Assembly (NCBI GenBank): GCA_002269645.1
Contig: NIVC01002378.1
Span: forward strand, 115,541 to 179,540
Direction of reading: 5' to 3'
DNA from: Macrostomum lignano
Taxonomy: Eukaryota
Length of the DNA: 64,000 nt
The notes beneath the pieces are model-generated. The model made no database searches and was not told where the DNA came from. It saw only the letters and a program-made list of their open reading frames with translations. The position numbers and the translations under genes were made by a program. Of the stretch, positions 45,440 through 57,614 are shown one piece after another. How positions within the stretch are numbered: the stretch's first letter is position 1; the number at the start of each line of letters is the position of its first letter.

Positions 45440-45743
45440 GTGGTGATTCTATGCTAGTTGGTTAGAGGCAAGGGGGTTTTGTGCACTTTAAGCGACGGTC
45501 ACAAGCGCGCGGATACGTACGCAGTTAGTCATATGCACAGGCACACACTCACAGGAGTGTACAGCGACAGCGGCCCTAACTTTTTTTATATATCGTTAGA
45601 CATGTACACCTGGAGGGGTTGCACGAGCAAACCCAAGCCGAGATTACAATTTAGCTCCAAATTAATTTTACTTGCACTTGGAATCGAGCCTGGCCCGCTG
45701 GCACATCAGGACCGCCGTGCTAGTCCGCTAGGCTACCGCCCCC
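45440..45743 (-). mobile_element. tRNA-derived SINE
   Basis: Minus-strand head GGGGCGGTAGCCTAGCGG (A box) ... GGCTCGATTCC (B box) without an acceptor stem; body motif CGGATACGTACGC recurs at ~38866-38878. Confidence 0.6.
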
Positions 45744-45789
45744 ATTGGATGTGATTAATACGCTCATAGTATTGATATGGCCTCTGTAT

Positions 45790-46335
45790 ATCTCATCTTT
45801 TTCCTATTCTCTCTTTTCTCTCTCCTCTCCTCTCATTCCATCTCTTATCTCTTTCCTCTTGTCTTTTCCCTCTTCTCTCATTCCATCTCTCATCTTTTTC
45901 CTCTTCTGTCTTCTCTCCCCCTTTTCTCATTCCATCTCTCATATTTTTCCTCTTCTCTCTTCTCTCCCCTCTCCTCTCATTCCATCTCTTATCTCTTTCC
46001 TCTTCTCTCATTCCATCTCTCATCTTTTTCCTCTTCTCTCCCCCTTCTCTCATTTCATCTCTCATCTCTTTCCTCTCTCTCTTCTCTCCCCTCTTCTCTC
46101 ATTCCATCTCTTATCTCTTTCCTCTCTTCTCTTCTCTCCCCTCTTCTCTCATTCCATCTCTCGTCTCTTTCCTCTTTCCTCTTCTCTCCCTCTTCTCTCA
46201 TTCCATCTCTTATCTCTTTCCTCTTCTCTCCCCTCTTCTCTCATTCCATCTCTTATCTCTTTCCTCTTCTCTCCCCTCTTCTCTCATTCCATCTCTCATC
46301 TCTTTCCTCTTCTCTCTCCTTTCAGCTTTTCCTTT
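45790..46335. repeat. CT-rich degenerate tandem repeat (CTCTTCTCTCATTCCATCTCT core)
   Basis: Direct reading. Confidence 0.9.
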
Positions 46336-47949
46336 CTTATCTGGCCCGCAGCCATAAGCCATAATTAAGTGCGCGTAAGTTGAGAACTTTTCGTTTTGAA
46401 ATAATTGGAATGTGGTACTCGAATAGAAAAATTAATGTAACATTTGCGAAACGATTGTATTTTATTGAACATCTCATGATCTATCAATAAAGACTTTACA
46501 ATGAAATTGATTGTCACAGCGCAGCAAGAAAAGTATGGATTAGCTTTCCTATCAATACTTAAAAAGCTAATTAAAATGAAATAATTATAATCAGTTACCA
46601 GATATTCGCAGGTTGCAGGGGTAATAAGCTTAAAACGATACGCACAGGGGAGACTGGCGCGCACAAAGGATTACCGTAATTATGTATAGAGCGAGCGCCC
46701 TTAACAGGAGATTAAAAGCTGATGCTGCTATCGGTAATAAGGCTTATCACGGTGTCGCTGCTCACCATTGAAACTGGCTTGTCATCGATAATGTAATATG
46801 ATGGATAGATGATGAATTTATGAGTGACAACTCCAACTTGATATATTGCACATCTCTACTACTAGTACTAAGGTTAGAAAAGCGCGGGCATTATTTACAT
46901 TAGTATTATGCTGAAGCACACGCAGTTAACAGTAAAGTCTAAATGTCAGTAAAATTATATAATAGTATGCGGTATACACATTTCTGTATAACTGAGCACC
47001 ATAGCGTCTGGTTATAGCGACAGGATTTCAACATTTGAGATTAGGCAGTAATAAAATAAACAGTAGTGAAGCACTACATGTATTTAATAAGGTCTTTGTT
47101 GCGAGAGGAGTTGTGTATGGATTGGCACATTGTGGATTTCTATATATATATAAGTAGGTATGACTGGCCCGCGGATGATGCACGCGATTCCTGGAAAGAA
47201 AGTGATTCTATCATATAGTTTGTTATAAAATAATAAGTAAATCTGTGATCTAAATGAAATCGATCACTTACACATGGTGGGGTATTAGATTCACATGATG
47301 GAGCTCTCAGCAGAAGCCGCAGCAACCTGGAAGATACGGTCGAGTTGCGCGAACCGAACTGAAAGCAGAAAATGTCAGACTGCATAGCAGAAAGGCAATG
47401 CTCGGAGCGGTCTGTGTATTTATACCACAGTGTAGTGCAGTCCTGGAGGACGGCAGCTCATTGGTCGGGAGTGAATTCTCTTATGGTCACGTGTCTCGAG
47501 GAGCCTTTGAAATTTGGCTGCGTGCTGTATTGTAGCGCATATAGAAGAACGCCACTCTTATCTGTGAAGCAACTCCTGGCATTTACCAGCATTGCCAGCA
47601 TTTTCTTATCTCATGCTACTTAGCTATGCATAGAGAGATAAGAAATGCTTTTTGCCGATCTTGGCGAGCAGATCTATCTACCTATCTGTCTAGTTTACTT
47701 TTTTGTTTAAGTTGATTTAAAACTCCAAGCAAAACTTTTTTCCTCGGCACTGCCAACCGCAACTGTCTGGAGGGGGTGGGGAGCTGAGCAGGTTTTCCTA
47801 CGCGTAGCTAGTGAACCTTGATCGCAGCGCTAGCTGCATTTATCAATCTCTTCACAAGGTCAGGTTGGCGCAGATTGAAGCGCAGCAGTCAGCAAGGCAT
47901 GCCGTAGCCTCCAGTTCGAATGGGTTCATTGTACTTTCCTTGAAAGCTT

Positions 47950-48322
47950 AATCAGCTGGCAAGGAGCGCCAAATCAGCTGGCAAGGGGGCGCCAAATCAG
48001 CTGGCAAGGGGCGCCAAATCAACTGGCAAGTGGCGCCAAATCAACTGGCAAGGGGGGCGCCAAATCAACTGGCAAGGGGGGCGCCAAAACAACTGGCAAG
48101 GGGGGCGCCAAATCAACTGGCAAGGGGCGCCAAATCAACTGGCAAGGGGCGCCAAATCAACTGGCAAGGGGGGCGCCAAATCAACTGGCAAGGGGGCGCC
48201 AAATCAGCTGGCAAGGGGGCGCCAAATCAACTGGCAAGTGGCGCCAAATCAACTGGCAAGGGGCGCCAAATCAACTGGCAAGGGGCGCCAAATCAGCTGG
48301 CAAGGGGGCGCCGAATTAGCTG
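47950..48322. repeat. 22-24-bp minisatellite (GGGGCGCCAAATCAACTGGCAA)
   Basis: Tandem units; possibly internal to a non-autonomous DNA transposon ending at ~48397. Confidence 0.9.
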
Positions 48323-48929
48323 ACAAGTTTTTCCAACCTAACTGAAGTGGGGGCACGACCCCCCTTTGCGCCCTCCCACCTCCCGGCTACACCCCTGAGT
48401 GAGATTGGGATGGAGGATAATTATGAGGATTTTAAATGTACGCCAACTTTAGCCACTAGAATCCTCTATTACGGTATCACATGTTTTTCAGGATTAGACA
48501 TAACAATCCCCTTTAAGATGCTGTTTGCAGAACAAGGACGTTGACTGAATTTATCACTGAATTAATCAGGATTTGAAGTCTGCATCACCAATATTTAGTA
48601 AACTGTTTATTGCAGAACAACCCCGGCCCTGCCTGCTTGTTAAACATTCCGTACGATGACAGTTATGACATGTAAACAGGTGTACAGTGCATGCACATGC
48701 GTTGTGATGACTTTTTTGTGTAGTTTTCCACCAATATACTTTATTTTAAATATACATGCATTGCACAGTCATCTCTCTGAAGTATTCGAACCCAAGTAGC
48801 TGTTGAAGGCTAATTAATTGTTAATTAACCCTCTCTTGCCAACGCAAAGGGAGCTATTTGAAATGCAACTGCGATGCTTGTTCAACTGTTTCAATTTTTC
48901 AATTTACAGGAATGCGTACTGAGCTCTTC

Positions 48930-49300
48930 AAACTATAAATATTCTTGCATCCTCTTGCGACCTTCGGCGATATCGTCCTACAATCAGCGCTGAGCCACAT
49001 ACAACCGCGTTGCCTGACTGTCTAATCGTCAGACATGTGTCTTGGGGGCTGGCACTCATGGGTGTGGCCGCTCACGGACCGAGTCGAGCCTGGGGCAAGG
49101 CACAGAGCCGCAGGCTATTACACATTTGGCAAAGTGTATTGAATGTAATGCAATACGCCAGCCGCAGTATCTTATTGCTGTCAACTTCGCAGCCTTGTGT
49201 GCAATCGAAGCCAACTATAAGCCTGCGGACCCTGTATTTACTGTCGCAAGACCAGGCGTAATCAAGATACAATGCGTCGTTCTTAAGTCTAAATTACATT
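48930..49300 (+). pseudogene. Possible decayed Penelope GIY-YIG endonuclease fragment
   Basis: AITHLAKCIEC..LCAIEANYKPADPV loosely resembles the PLE endonuclease C-terminus; weak, by eye only. Confidence 0.3.
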
Positions 49301-49664
49301 TAACCCCTGCCGATGTGAAATACTACCCCGGCACAGATAACAAGCTACTGCAGTTTTCTTTTTAAAATTCTTCACGTCTGTCGGACTGTCTATGCGCACC
49401 ATTCGCCTGCATGCCCCTGTTAGCTTGGCTCTTAAAGCCACGATATCTGGGTATCTATAGACGGCTGCGAAGACTTGTACTGCACTGACTCATCCGCTAT
49501 GTTACAGCGTGTTACAGCAGGGCACCAGTAGCGATAGCGGTCTCTCTCCTGCAGTGCATGCTTTCTAGCCTTGGCTTGCAGTTTGTCTAGCTTAAAACAG
49601 TTAGAAATGCACCGTTGCACTATAGAGAGTTGATCCAAGTGCAAACTCAACAAACTCGGGCAGG

Positions 49665-50880
49665 GAATAGATCTAACGAGCTGGTTGAGAGAGGTACAGG
49701 ATCTAACGATCTGATTGAGAGAGGGACAGGATCTAACGAGCTGGTTGAGAGAGGGACAGGATCTAACGAGCTGGTTGAGAGAGGGACAGGATCTAACGAT
49801 CTGGTTGAGACTCTCAGGGACAGGATCTAACGAGCTGGTTGAGACTCTCAGGGACAGGATCTAACGAGCTGGTTGAGAGAGGGACAGGATCTAAGGAGCT
49901 GGTTGAGACTCTCAGGGACAGGATCTAACGAGCTGGTTGAGAGAGGGACAGGATCTAACGAGCTGGTTGAGAGAGGGACAGGATCTAAGGATCTGGTTGA
50001 GACTCTCAGGGACAGGATCTAAGGATCTGGTTGAGACTCTCAGGGACAGGATCTAACGATCTGGTTGAGACTCTCAGGGACAGGATCTAACGAGCTGGTT
50101 GAGAGAGGGACGGACAGGATCTAAGGAGCTAGTTGAGACTCTCAGGGACAGGATCTAAGGATCTGGTTGAGACTCTCAGGGACAGGATCTATTGAGCTGG
50201 TTGAGACTCTCAGGGACAGGATCTGAGGAGCTGGTTGAGACTCTCAGGAACAGGATCTAAGGATCTGGTTGAGACTCTCAGGGACAGGATCTATTGAGCT
50301 GGTTGAGACTCTCAGGGACAGGATCTAAGGAGCTGGTTGAGACTCTCAGGAACAGGATCTAAGGATCTGGTTGAGACTCTCAGGGACAGGATCTATTGAG
50401 CTGGTTGAGACTCTCAGGGACAGGATCTAACGAGCTGGTTGAGAGAGGGACGGACAGGATCTAAGGAGCTGGTTGAGACTCTCAGGGACAGGATCTAAGG
50501 ATCTGGTTGAGACTCTCAGGGACAGGATCTATTGAGCTGGTTGAGACTCTCAGGGACAGGATCTGAGGAGCTGGTTGAGACTCTCAGGAACAGGATCTAA
50601 GGAGCTAGTTGAGACTCTCAGGGACAGGATCTAAGGATCTGGTTGAGACTCTCAGGGACAGGATCTATTGAGCTGGTTGAGACTCTCAGGGACAGGATCT
50701 AAGGAGCTGGTTGAGACTCTCAGGGACAGGATCTAAGGATCTGGTTGAGACTCCCAGGGAAGGATATATGGAGGTTGAGACTCTCAGGGACAGGATCTAT
50801 TGAGCTGGTTGAGACTCTCAGGGACAGGATCTAAGGACCTGGTTGAGACTCTCAGGGAAGGATCTAAGGAGGTTGAGATC
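49665..50880. repeat. 30/34-bp minisatellite (GGACAGGATCTAAGGAGCTGGTTGAGACTCTCAG)
   Basis: Tandem units with two length variants. Confidence 0.95.
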
Positions 50881-53509
50881 CTCGAGAGAAGAGATTTTTG
50901 ATCAATTGAAAAGGCAGTGTTGGATTCTTTCTCCGTCCAAGGACATAAAAAATCTCGTTATGTGGAGTCAGAGCCTCTCTTTACTTTGAAGTCAGTTTTT
51001 CAGTCTCCTTAATCCTTTTCACAAAGACGTTTTTCGCTTTTTTTTTTAAAGCATTCTCAGATTTTTGCCAGGGACAGGAAATCTGAGAATTACATGATGG
51101 ATGAAAACAACGTTTTCGAAAAATTCGACCATAATTTTTTCGGTCGTTTAAGTCGCTTTGACACGCAAAGCCCGCCAGCGAAGGATTAGAATGGATCATG
51201 TTTCATTCTTTGCTTTCGAAGCATCGTGAGACCTCGGCTACCAAGTCATCGTGCCATCATGCCATCAAGGTGAATATCGTCAGGCAGCACAAAATCGTCA
51301 TCTCCATTTGACGCTTGCTCGATTTGCTTCTCCAGAAGGCGCTCATCGGTTTGATGTTGGAGGAGATCACATCCATCTGTGATGGCAATCCAGATATGAC
51401 TTCTCCAGGCAGTTTTTTGTAGTCGACATAGTAATGGTCATGTGATTTCCCTCTTTCCACTCAGTGGCACCCAGCCAAACCATTGATTCTATGGGAAGCA
51501 TTACAAGAAGCAGTGATTTCAGCTAGATTTCAGTAGTTTATGCGCATATTTGTCAGTAGCTGAAACGAGTATTACGAGCGTAAATTACCTTTTTATTCAG
51601 CTGTGTCAGCGTAAGACTTCGGATGCTTTTGCAAATGACCAGTGTAAGATAATCAGCAGAGTGCGTTTTGAGAGAAAGAAAGAAGTTTTGAGAGAAGGCT
51701 GTTTTAAGAAAGCTACATGTAAAAGAAGTTGGCTTAAACGATTACGTAAACGATATAAGGCAAACTGAACTTGAACTGATTCGATTTCTGTCCTTCCATA
51801 CCAGTGAATACACGTCAGTATCACCAGTTTCGCGGGCAGCAAGTACGTGAATTTATGATTTTGGGAAATCTCTAAGTGTATATAAGATCCATGCCTTAGA
51901 CCGTGTTTAATATTGCAGTTGTCGAGCTTTTAGATGCATTCATTGGCTCAGTTCTCTCTTGTAGCTCGTACCCGCGACCAATCTTTGGTATGGTAAGAAG
52001 TTTGTGCAACTGACGAAGACCAAAGCTGCAGCCATGTTCAGCGTGATTATTTGTATGGGGCTACGAAGGCACTTCGGGAGAGAAGCCGAGAATTTGGGAA
52101 GCAGTAGTCTAGGTCAGACCACAGATACGAGACTAGAACAAGTGGTCTGTTATTCCACAGATACTAGAACAACTAGAACAACTATATAGGCCACTCGGCA
52201 CATTTGCGTGCCAGCTACTTTCAGTTCAGTAGTAAGTTAAACAGAAGCATTTTAATGTATTTTTAAAGACAAAGCTTATTTATTGGCTCTTACCCCCCCC
52301 CAAGCTATTAAACCCTCAAACTCTTCATAGAACCTCTACCCCCGGCCCGCGACCTAATTTTATTACCTTCTTCGGTTGTTCCAGCCTAAATCTGCCTTGT
52401 ACATTTCAGTGGCTAATGTACATTATGGCTGAACCAATTAGCAAGCTGTTTACGCCTGCAAGCTTGGGCTTCTAAACTTATCAAAGTCATTTCAGCTGCC
52501 TTATTCTTATAAAATAGCTTATGTATTCTTCTTTGCTACTGAACTGAAAGTAGAAAGCTGTTTTACTAAGTATAAATGCCAGAGTGGACCATCTAGTTAT
52601 TCTAGTATCTGTGGGTCAGACAGATCGTCTGACACAGTGTCAACATCTAACATCACATCAGCATGGCTGCATGAGGCAGTTGAGGTCTGCTGCTTCTGTT
52701 TATGAGCAGCTTCCACAAGCGCTCGTTAGTGGTTTTGTGCCTCACTGGCCTCCTCACAGTGATCGCCTGGTTGGGATGACTTTGAGCTCTCGCCTAGTGT
52801 CTTGTGGCTTTCCCAGTGCTAGTAGGCAAGAAGTTGAACTGTGGCACCCACCATGAGGAGGCCAGCAGCTCCTTGGATTGTTGGCGTGGCTTTGGTCGAT
52901 AAGCCAGACTTCATTACAGCTGCAAGTGTTTATCATTCAGTTGTGGGCCACCCTAATGTACATGCATGCATGCATGGTGAACGATTCTGGACCTTCGTCA
53001 CCTCCGAGAAGCTTAATGGTATCCCTAATGCACCCCTAAGACACACGTAATGAATTTCTTCGCAACTAAAATCCTACTTCAAGCTGATAAAGAACAGCGG
53101 CAGTGCTTATTGTCTTGGCGTTGTTAAGTGTGCCCTCGAGCAGGGATTCAAAAGATGTTGCGCATGGTTTTGAAGTGGGGACGTACCGTAGACATCACCA
53201 ATGGCGAATATATTTGGGCAGTACTTTTTTTGTACTCAGTTTAAAAAGTTTTTTATTATTCCTTTTTCTGCTGGGGCATCACATGGATGAAGGAATTCAT
53301 CCACCTTCATCCATGGGGCATCATCATGAAACACTGCACTTTTACTTTTGACTTACACTACAGTTGCTGTTGTTGGCTGTACTTGCAATGCTACTGTTAA
53401 ATTATATATTAAAATTCTGACTCATCTCCAGGGAATGACCTGCCATTTCCATGCCATAAACATACACATTTTGGCAATGTCCAAATCTGTAGCACAGATC
53501 TTAGCTTTT

Positions 53510-53820
53510 GTCTAGCCCGAATCTTAGCCCAGATTATAACTTAATCCATTCCCATCTTAGCCCAGACCTTAGCCCAGACCGTAGCCCAGACCTTAGCCCA
53601 GACCGTAGCCCAGACCTTAGCCCAGACCGTAGCCCAGACCTTAGCCCAGACCGTAGCCCAGACCTTAGCCCAGACCTTAGCCCAGATATTAGCCCAATCT
53701 TAGCCCAATCTTAGCCCAGACTTTAGCCTAATCTTAGCCCAATCTTAGCCCAGACTTTAGCCCAATCTTAGCCCAATCTTAGCCCAATCTTAGCCCAATC
53801 TTAGCCCAGATCTTAGCCGC
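53510..53820. repeat. 11-12-bp tandem repeat (CTTAGCCCAGAC / CTTAGCCCAAT)
   Basis: Direct reading. Confidence 0.93.
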
Positions 53821-53850
53821 CAGAACAGCCCGAGCGAACTCAATTCGAAT

Positions 53851-54230
53851 TTCCAGGAACTGATCAGTGCGCCAGCTCACGCCAGACCAGCTGAGCCTGG
53901 GTTGGAGAATCCAGCTATTTTTGTTCCACAATGCCGCAGTGCGCAACGGCCTCCCAACCCCCTCCCTCCGTAGCCCTCTGCACTGATTCTCGCCAATATC
54001 TCTGCCGTATCTCTCACCCTGCTGCTAACTGCTCGTGTCTGAGTGAGTACGGGTGCTCAGCAGAGCTCACCGGCTCACCGCTACTCTCCGCCTACGCTTG
54101 CCGTTCCGGAGGGCGACCGGCTGCCGCCTCGGGAATTCCTAGGCGCCTGCGGCTTTTCCAATGCCTCGGACGGATCGTCCGCCGGAGCGGGCAGCGCTAT
54201 AAAAAAATCACAGCTGAGGGAACTTCCAAT
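53851..54230 (+). promoter_or_regulatory. TATA promoter of the secreted-protein gene with kB-like and STAT(GAS)-like sites
   Basis: TATAAAA 54198-54204, ~90 bp before the ATG; GGGAATTCCT 54131-54140; GGGAACTTCC 54218-54227; TTCCAGGAA 53851-53859. Confidence 0.55.
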
Positions 54231-54294
54231 CAAGCAATTAAAACTCCTCCTCTAGAAGCAGAAAGTAATTCAAGCAAGCATTAATATTGAAACA

Positions 54295-55195
54295 ATGCTT
54301 TCCAAAGAAAAGTTCTTTGCTGTCCTCTGCCTCGCCGTCTCGCTTGCCTCTGCTCAACCTGTTGGCCGCGCAAAACCGACAGAGAGAAACTTGGAGCTGG
54401 CAAAGAAGCACCTGACTCACGCTGCGGATGGGTTGCAAGCCTACGGCGAGAGCATCAGATTGGTTCGCCTGCTGAACAAGTCCATCAGTAAGTCTCTGAT
54501 GGACTTCTCCGAACTGCTGCCGTCTGGTGCCAGCCGGCATGCTCAGCTGCATCGAGTTCTGCTCATTGTTCGGCGTCTGGAGAGTCAGGAGGAGCCGCAT
54601 GAGACTTGGTGAGTCTTCAGCTCCCGTTTTCTGTTATTCGCTGAGCTCCATTCTGGAAAGTGCAAGTTGCTATGTTGCTTCAGAAAAACTGTAATTGCAT
54701 CAGGGAAACTGCAATTGCTTCAGAAAAACTGTAATTGCTTCAGGGAAACTGTAACTGCTTTAGGGAAACTATTGCTTCAGCCAAGTTCCAGTCACTATTT
54801 GGCTTTAGAAAACTGTCACATAATTTCTTCAGAAAGCTCAAATCTAATTATAAAACTTCTCTCACTAACCCCTGTAGCTGCAATCTCTTTAATAGATCAG
54901 AGTTAGAACACTTCAGGTGCTACAGGTGAATAATCTGCTGTATAAAATCGCTTTCGCCATATTTGCCAGGTGGCTAAACCAGCTGCGATCCATCAGACAG
55001 AATTTGGCACAGGCCTTCGACTACGTAAAGAGCCACTTCGATGACGCTGCAGCCGCCTCACAGAGCGCCCGGCTGCCAGACGGTCTGCTGCCGCCGGTGC
55101 CGCACGAGCTCCGTGAGCGTCGCTATCTGCGAGACTACCTGATGATTGACTGGCTGCACAAGCTGGTCATGCGGTCAACTCAAGAACTCAGTTGA
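54295..55195 (+). CDS. Secreted 179-aa helical protein, candidate long-chain four-helix cytokine (IL-6/CNTF/LIF-like)
   Basis: Signal peptide MLSKEKFFAVLCLAVSLASA; exons 54295-54608 and 54970-55195 (GT-AG, phase 2, 540 nt); AATAAA at 55228. The gene model is solid; the family call is inference. Confidence 0.8.
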
Positions 55196-55514
55196 ACTAT
55201 GTGTTTTTGTACATATTTGTGCCTTATAATAAATATACGTCTAAATTTAGTTGTAAAAATTTTTAGTATATAGGATGCTGAGTCATTTAGCACCAATCGT
55301 CAATCATAAATCATCAATCATGAAATGGCTGAGTAGCTGTAGTATACTGTCTGATCTCTCATCTTTGCTCTCGCTGTAACGTTTGCTCACGCTGCGTTCA
55401 CTACTATATATACCAAATCTGTACATGCTCAAATGAGACGGCCATGACAGCCCAACTTCTACAATCGTACAAGCGCACTACAAAGCTTTGATTGCTATTT
55501 CTTTGATAAACTCA

Positions 55515-56578
55515 GATAGTTAGGAACTCAATGGGGAGTTGCTCAGACGCTCAATGGGGAACTGCTCAGATAGTCAGTCAATCAATGGGGAACTGCTCAG
55601 ACAGTCAGTGACTCAATGAGGAACTGCTCAGATAGTCAGTGACTCAATGGGGAACTGCTCAGACAGTCAGTGACTCAATGAGGAACTGCTCAAACAGTCA
55701 GTGACTCAATGGGGAACTGCTCAGACAGTCAGTGACTCAATGGGGAACTGCTCAGGTAGTCAGTGACTCAATGGGGAACTGCTCAGACAGTAAGTGACTC
55801 AATGGGGAACTGCTCAGATAGTCAGTGACTCAATGAGGAACTGCTCAGATAGTCAGTGACTCAATGGGGAACTGCTCAGACAGTCAGTGACTCAATGGGG
55901 AACTGCTCAGATAGTCAGTGACTCAATGAGGAACTGCTCAGATAGTCAGTGACTCAATGAGGAACTGCTCAGATAGTCAGTGACTCAATGGGGAACTGCT
56001 CAGATAGTCAGTGACTCAATGGGGAACTGCTCAGATAGTCAGTGACTCAATGGGGAACTGCTCAGATAGTCAGTGACTCAATGGGGAACTGCTCAGATAG
56101 TCAGTGACTCAATGGGGAACTGCTCAGATAGTCAGTGACTCGATGGGGAACTGCTCAGACAGTCAGTGACTCAATGGGGAACTGCTCAGACAGTCAGTGA
56201 CTCAATGGGGAACTGCTCAGATAGTCAGTGACTCAATGGGGAACTGCTCAGATAGTCAGTGACTCAATGGGGAACTGCTCAGATAGTCAGTGACTCAATG
56301 GGGAACTGCTCAGACAGTCAGTGACTCAATGGGGAACTGCTCAGACAGTCAGTGACTCAATGAAGAACTGGTCAGACAGTCAGTGACTCAATGGGGAACT
56401 GCTCAGATAGTCAGTGACTCAATGGGGAACTGCTCAGACAGTCAGTGACTCAATGGGGAACTGCTCAGACAGTCAGTGACTCAATGAAGAACTGGTCAGA
56501 CAGTCAGTGACTCAATGGGGAACTGCTCAGATAGTCAGTGACTCAATGGGGAACTGCTCAGATAGTCAGTGACTCAGT
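55515..56578. repeat. 31-bp minisatellite (GACTCAATGGGGAACTGCTCAGATAGTCAGT), ~33 units
   Basis: Tandem units; nearly every unit junction spells TGACTCA. Confidence 0.97.
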
Positions 56579-57614
56579 AGCACGTTAGTGTTAGACGCAG
56601 ATGAAACAGTGTGTTTTTTGCCTAAGGTGGGTTCGCAGGTAAATCAGGCTGGGACAGAATGCATGATTGACTCCAACTTTAGAGTGCTGTTAACGTATTG
56701 GCACGATTGGCATCTGTTTTGGCATCTGTTTATGAAATGACAGAGCGAAGATTTTTTGAGCGAAGATCTTTGTAAAAGTCGGGACCCCGACCGTTGCGGT
56801 GGACGAGCTACTAACATCCAATGACTTGTTTCTCAACTATTAGAAAGTCATCAAGGTTTACGCTCGAATGTTAACATTAAGATAGTCGACAAGAGAGTCC
56901 AATATTTACCTTGATTTTTTCGTTAAGAAACAAATTCAGTTCTCAATGAAAACCGGGGTCTCCTTACGCTCTCTTTAACGCAAAATCTCTACATGAAGTG
57001 CTCGAGCCCGCATCGACTCCGAAGGGGTTACCTAGTCCATCTTCGACCAGACGGATGTATGGGACCTTGCCCGTGTCATCTATGCAGCAACGCAGATAAC
57101 CTCGTAAGCCATCGGCATTTTTATAAAAGAACTCGAAAACACTTGGAAACAGGAATTTATGGAATGAGAGCAACCCCGATTTAAAATTTGATGAATCGTT
57201 TTAGAAGGAGCTTTTCTCAGAGTAGGCAGACAAATTACGAGCCAAATGTCAATCCGAAACCGATTACGACTTTTGTAGCAACTCGACGCAAACGTCACCT
57301 GAACATATAAACAATTTCAAGGTGGAAAGCGGCCATGAAAGCCGCCAAAAGCAAGGCTTTTTGTTCAGACAAAACTCTTCAACAAGGCCACATTTTTAAT
57401 CTGCAAAGAAAAATCCGCAAGCATGCAGATTCGATGGAATCAAATTGCGCAAATCCCTAATCCCTCCGCTAATCTTCTGATTGGACAAGTGGCAAGGGGA
57501 GCGGCGACAGGCAGGTAATAAATAAACTACATGTATTGCAAGGTGCCAGTAAACAGCTGCCTCAGCAACTTAAACACTTACCTTATAAACACTCCTCAGA
57601 CAATAACGTTCGGT

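Noticed and set aside
45672-45743. Functional tRNA gene
   Set aside because: A and B boxes are present, but the acceptor stem cannot pair and the anticodon arm is irregular; treated as a SINE head.
47790-48397. Non-autonomous hAT with a dimerisation-domain remnant and a CAGGGGTGTAGCC end
   Set aside because: Only one terminus found, no TSD, and the peptide similarity is too weak to call.
51230-51460. Short minus-strand open frames; likewise 56964-57173, 59774-60191 and 62669-62908
   Set aside because: Protein-like composition, but no recognisable motif or consistent splice sites.
57531-57614. 28-aa N-terminal extension of the GPCR in the ORF track
   Set aside because: Most of it lies within a GT-AG intron (57515-57599); ATG 57615 gives a typical glycosylated N-terminus.
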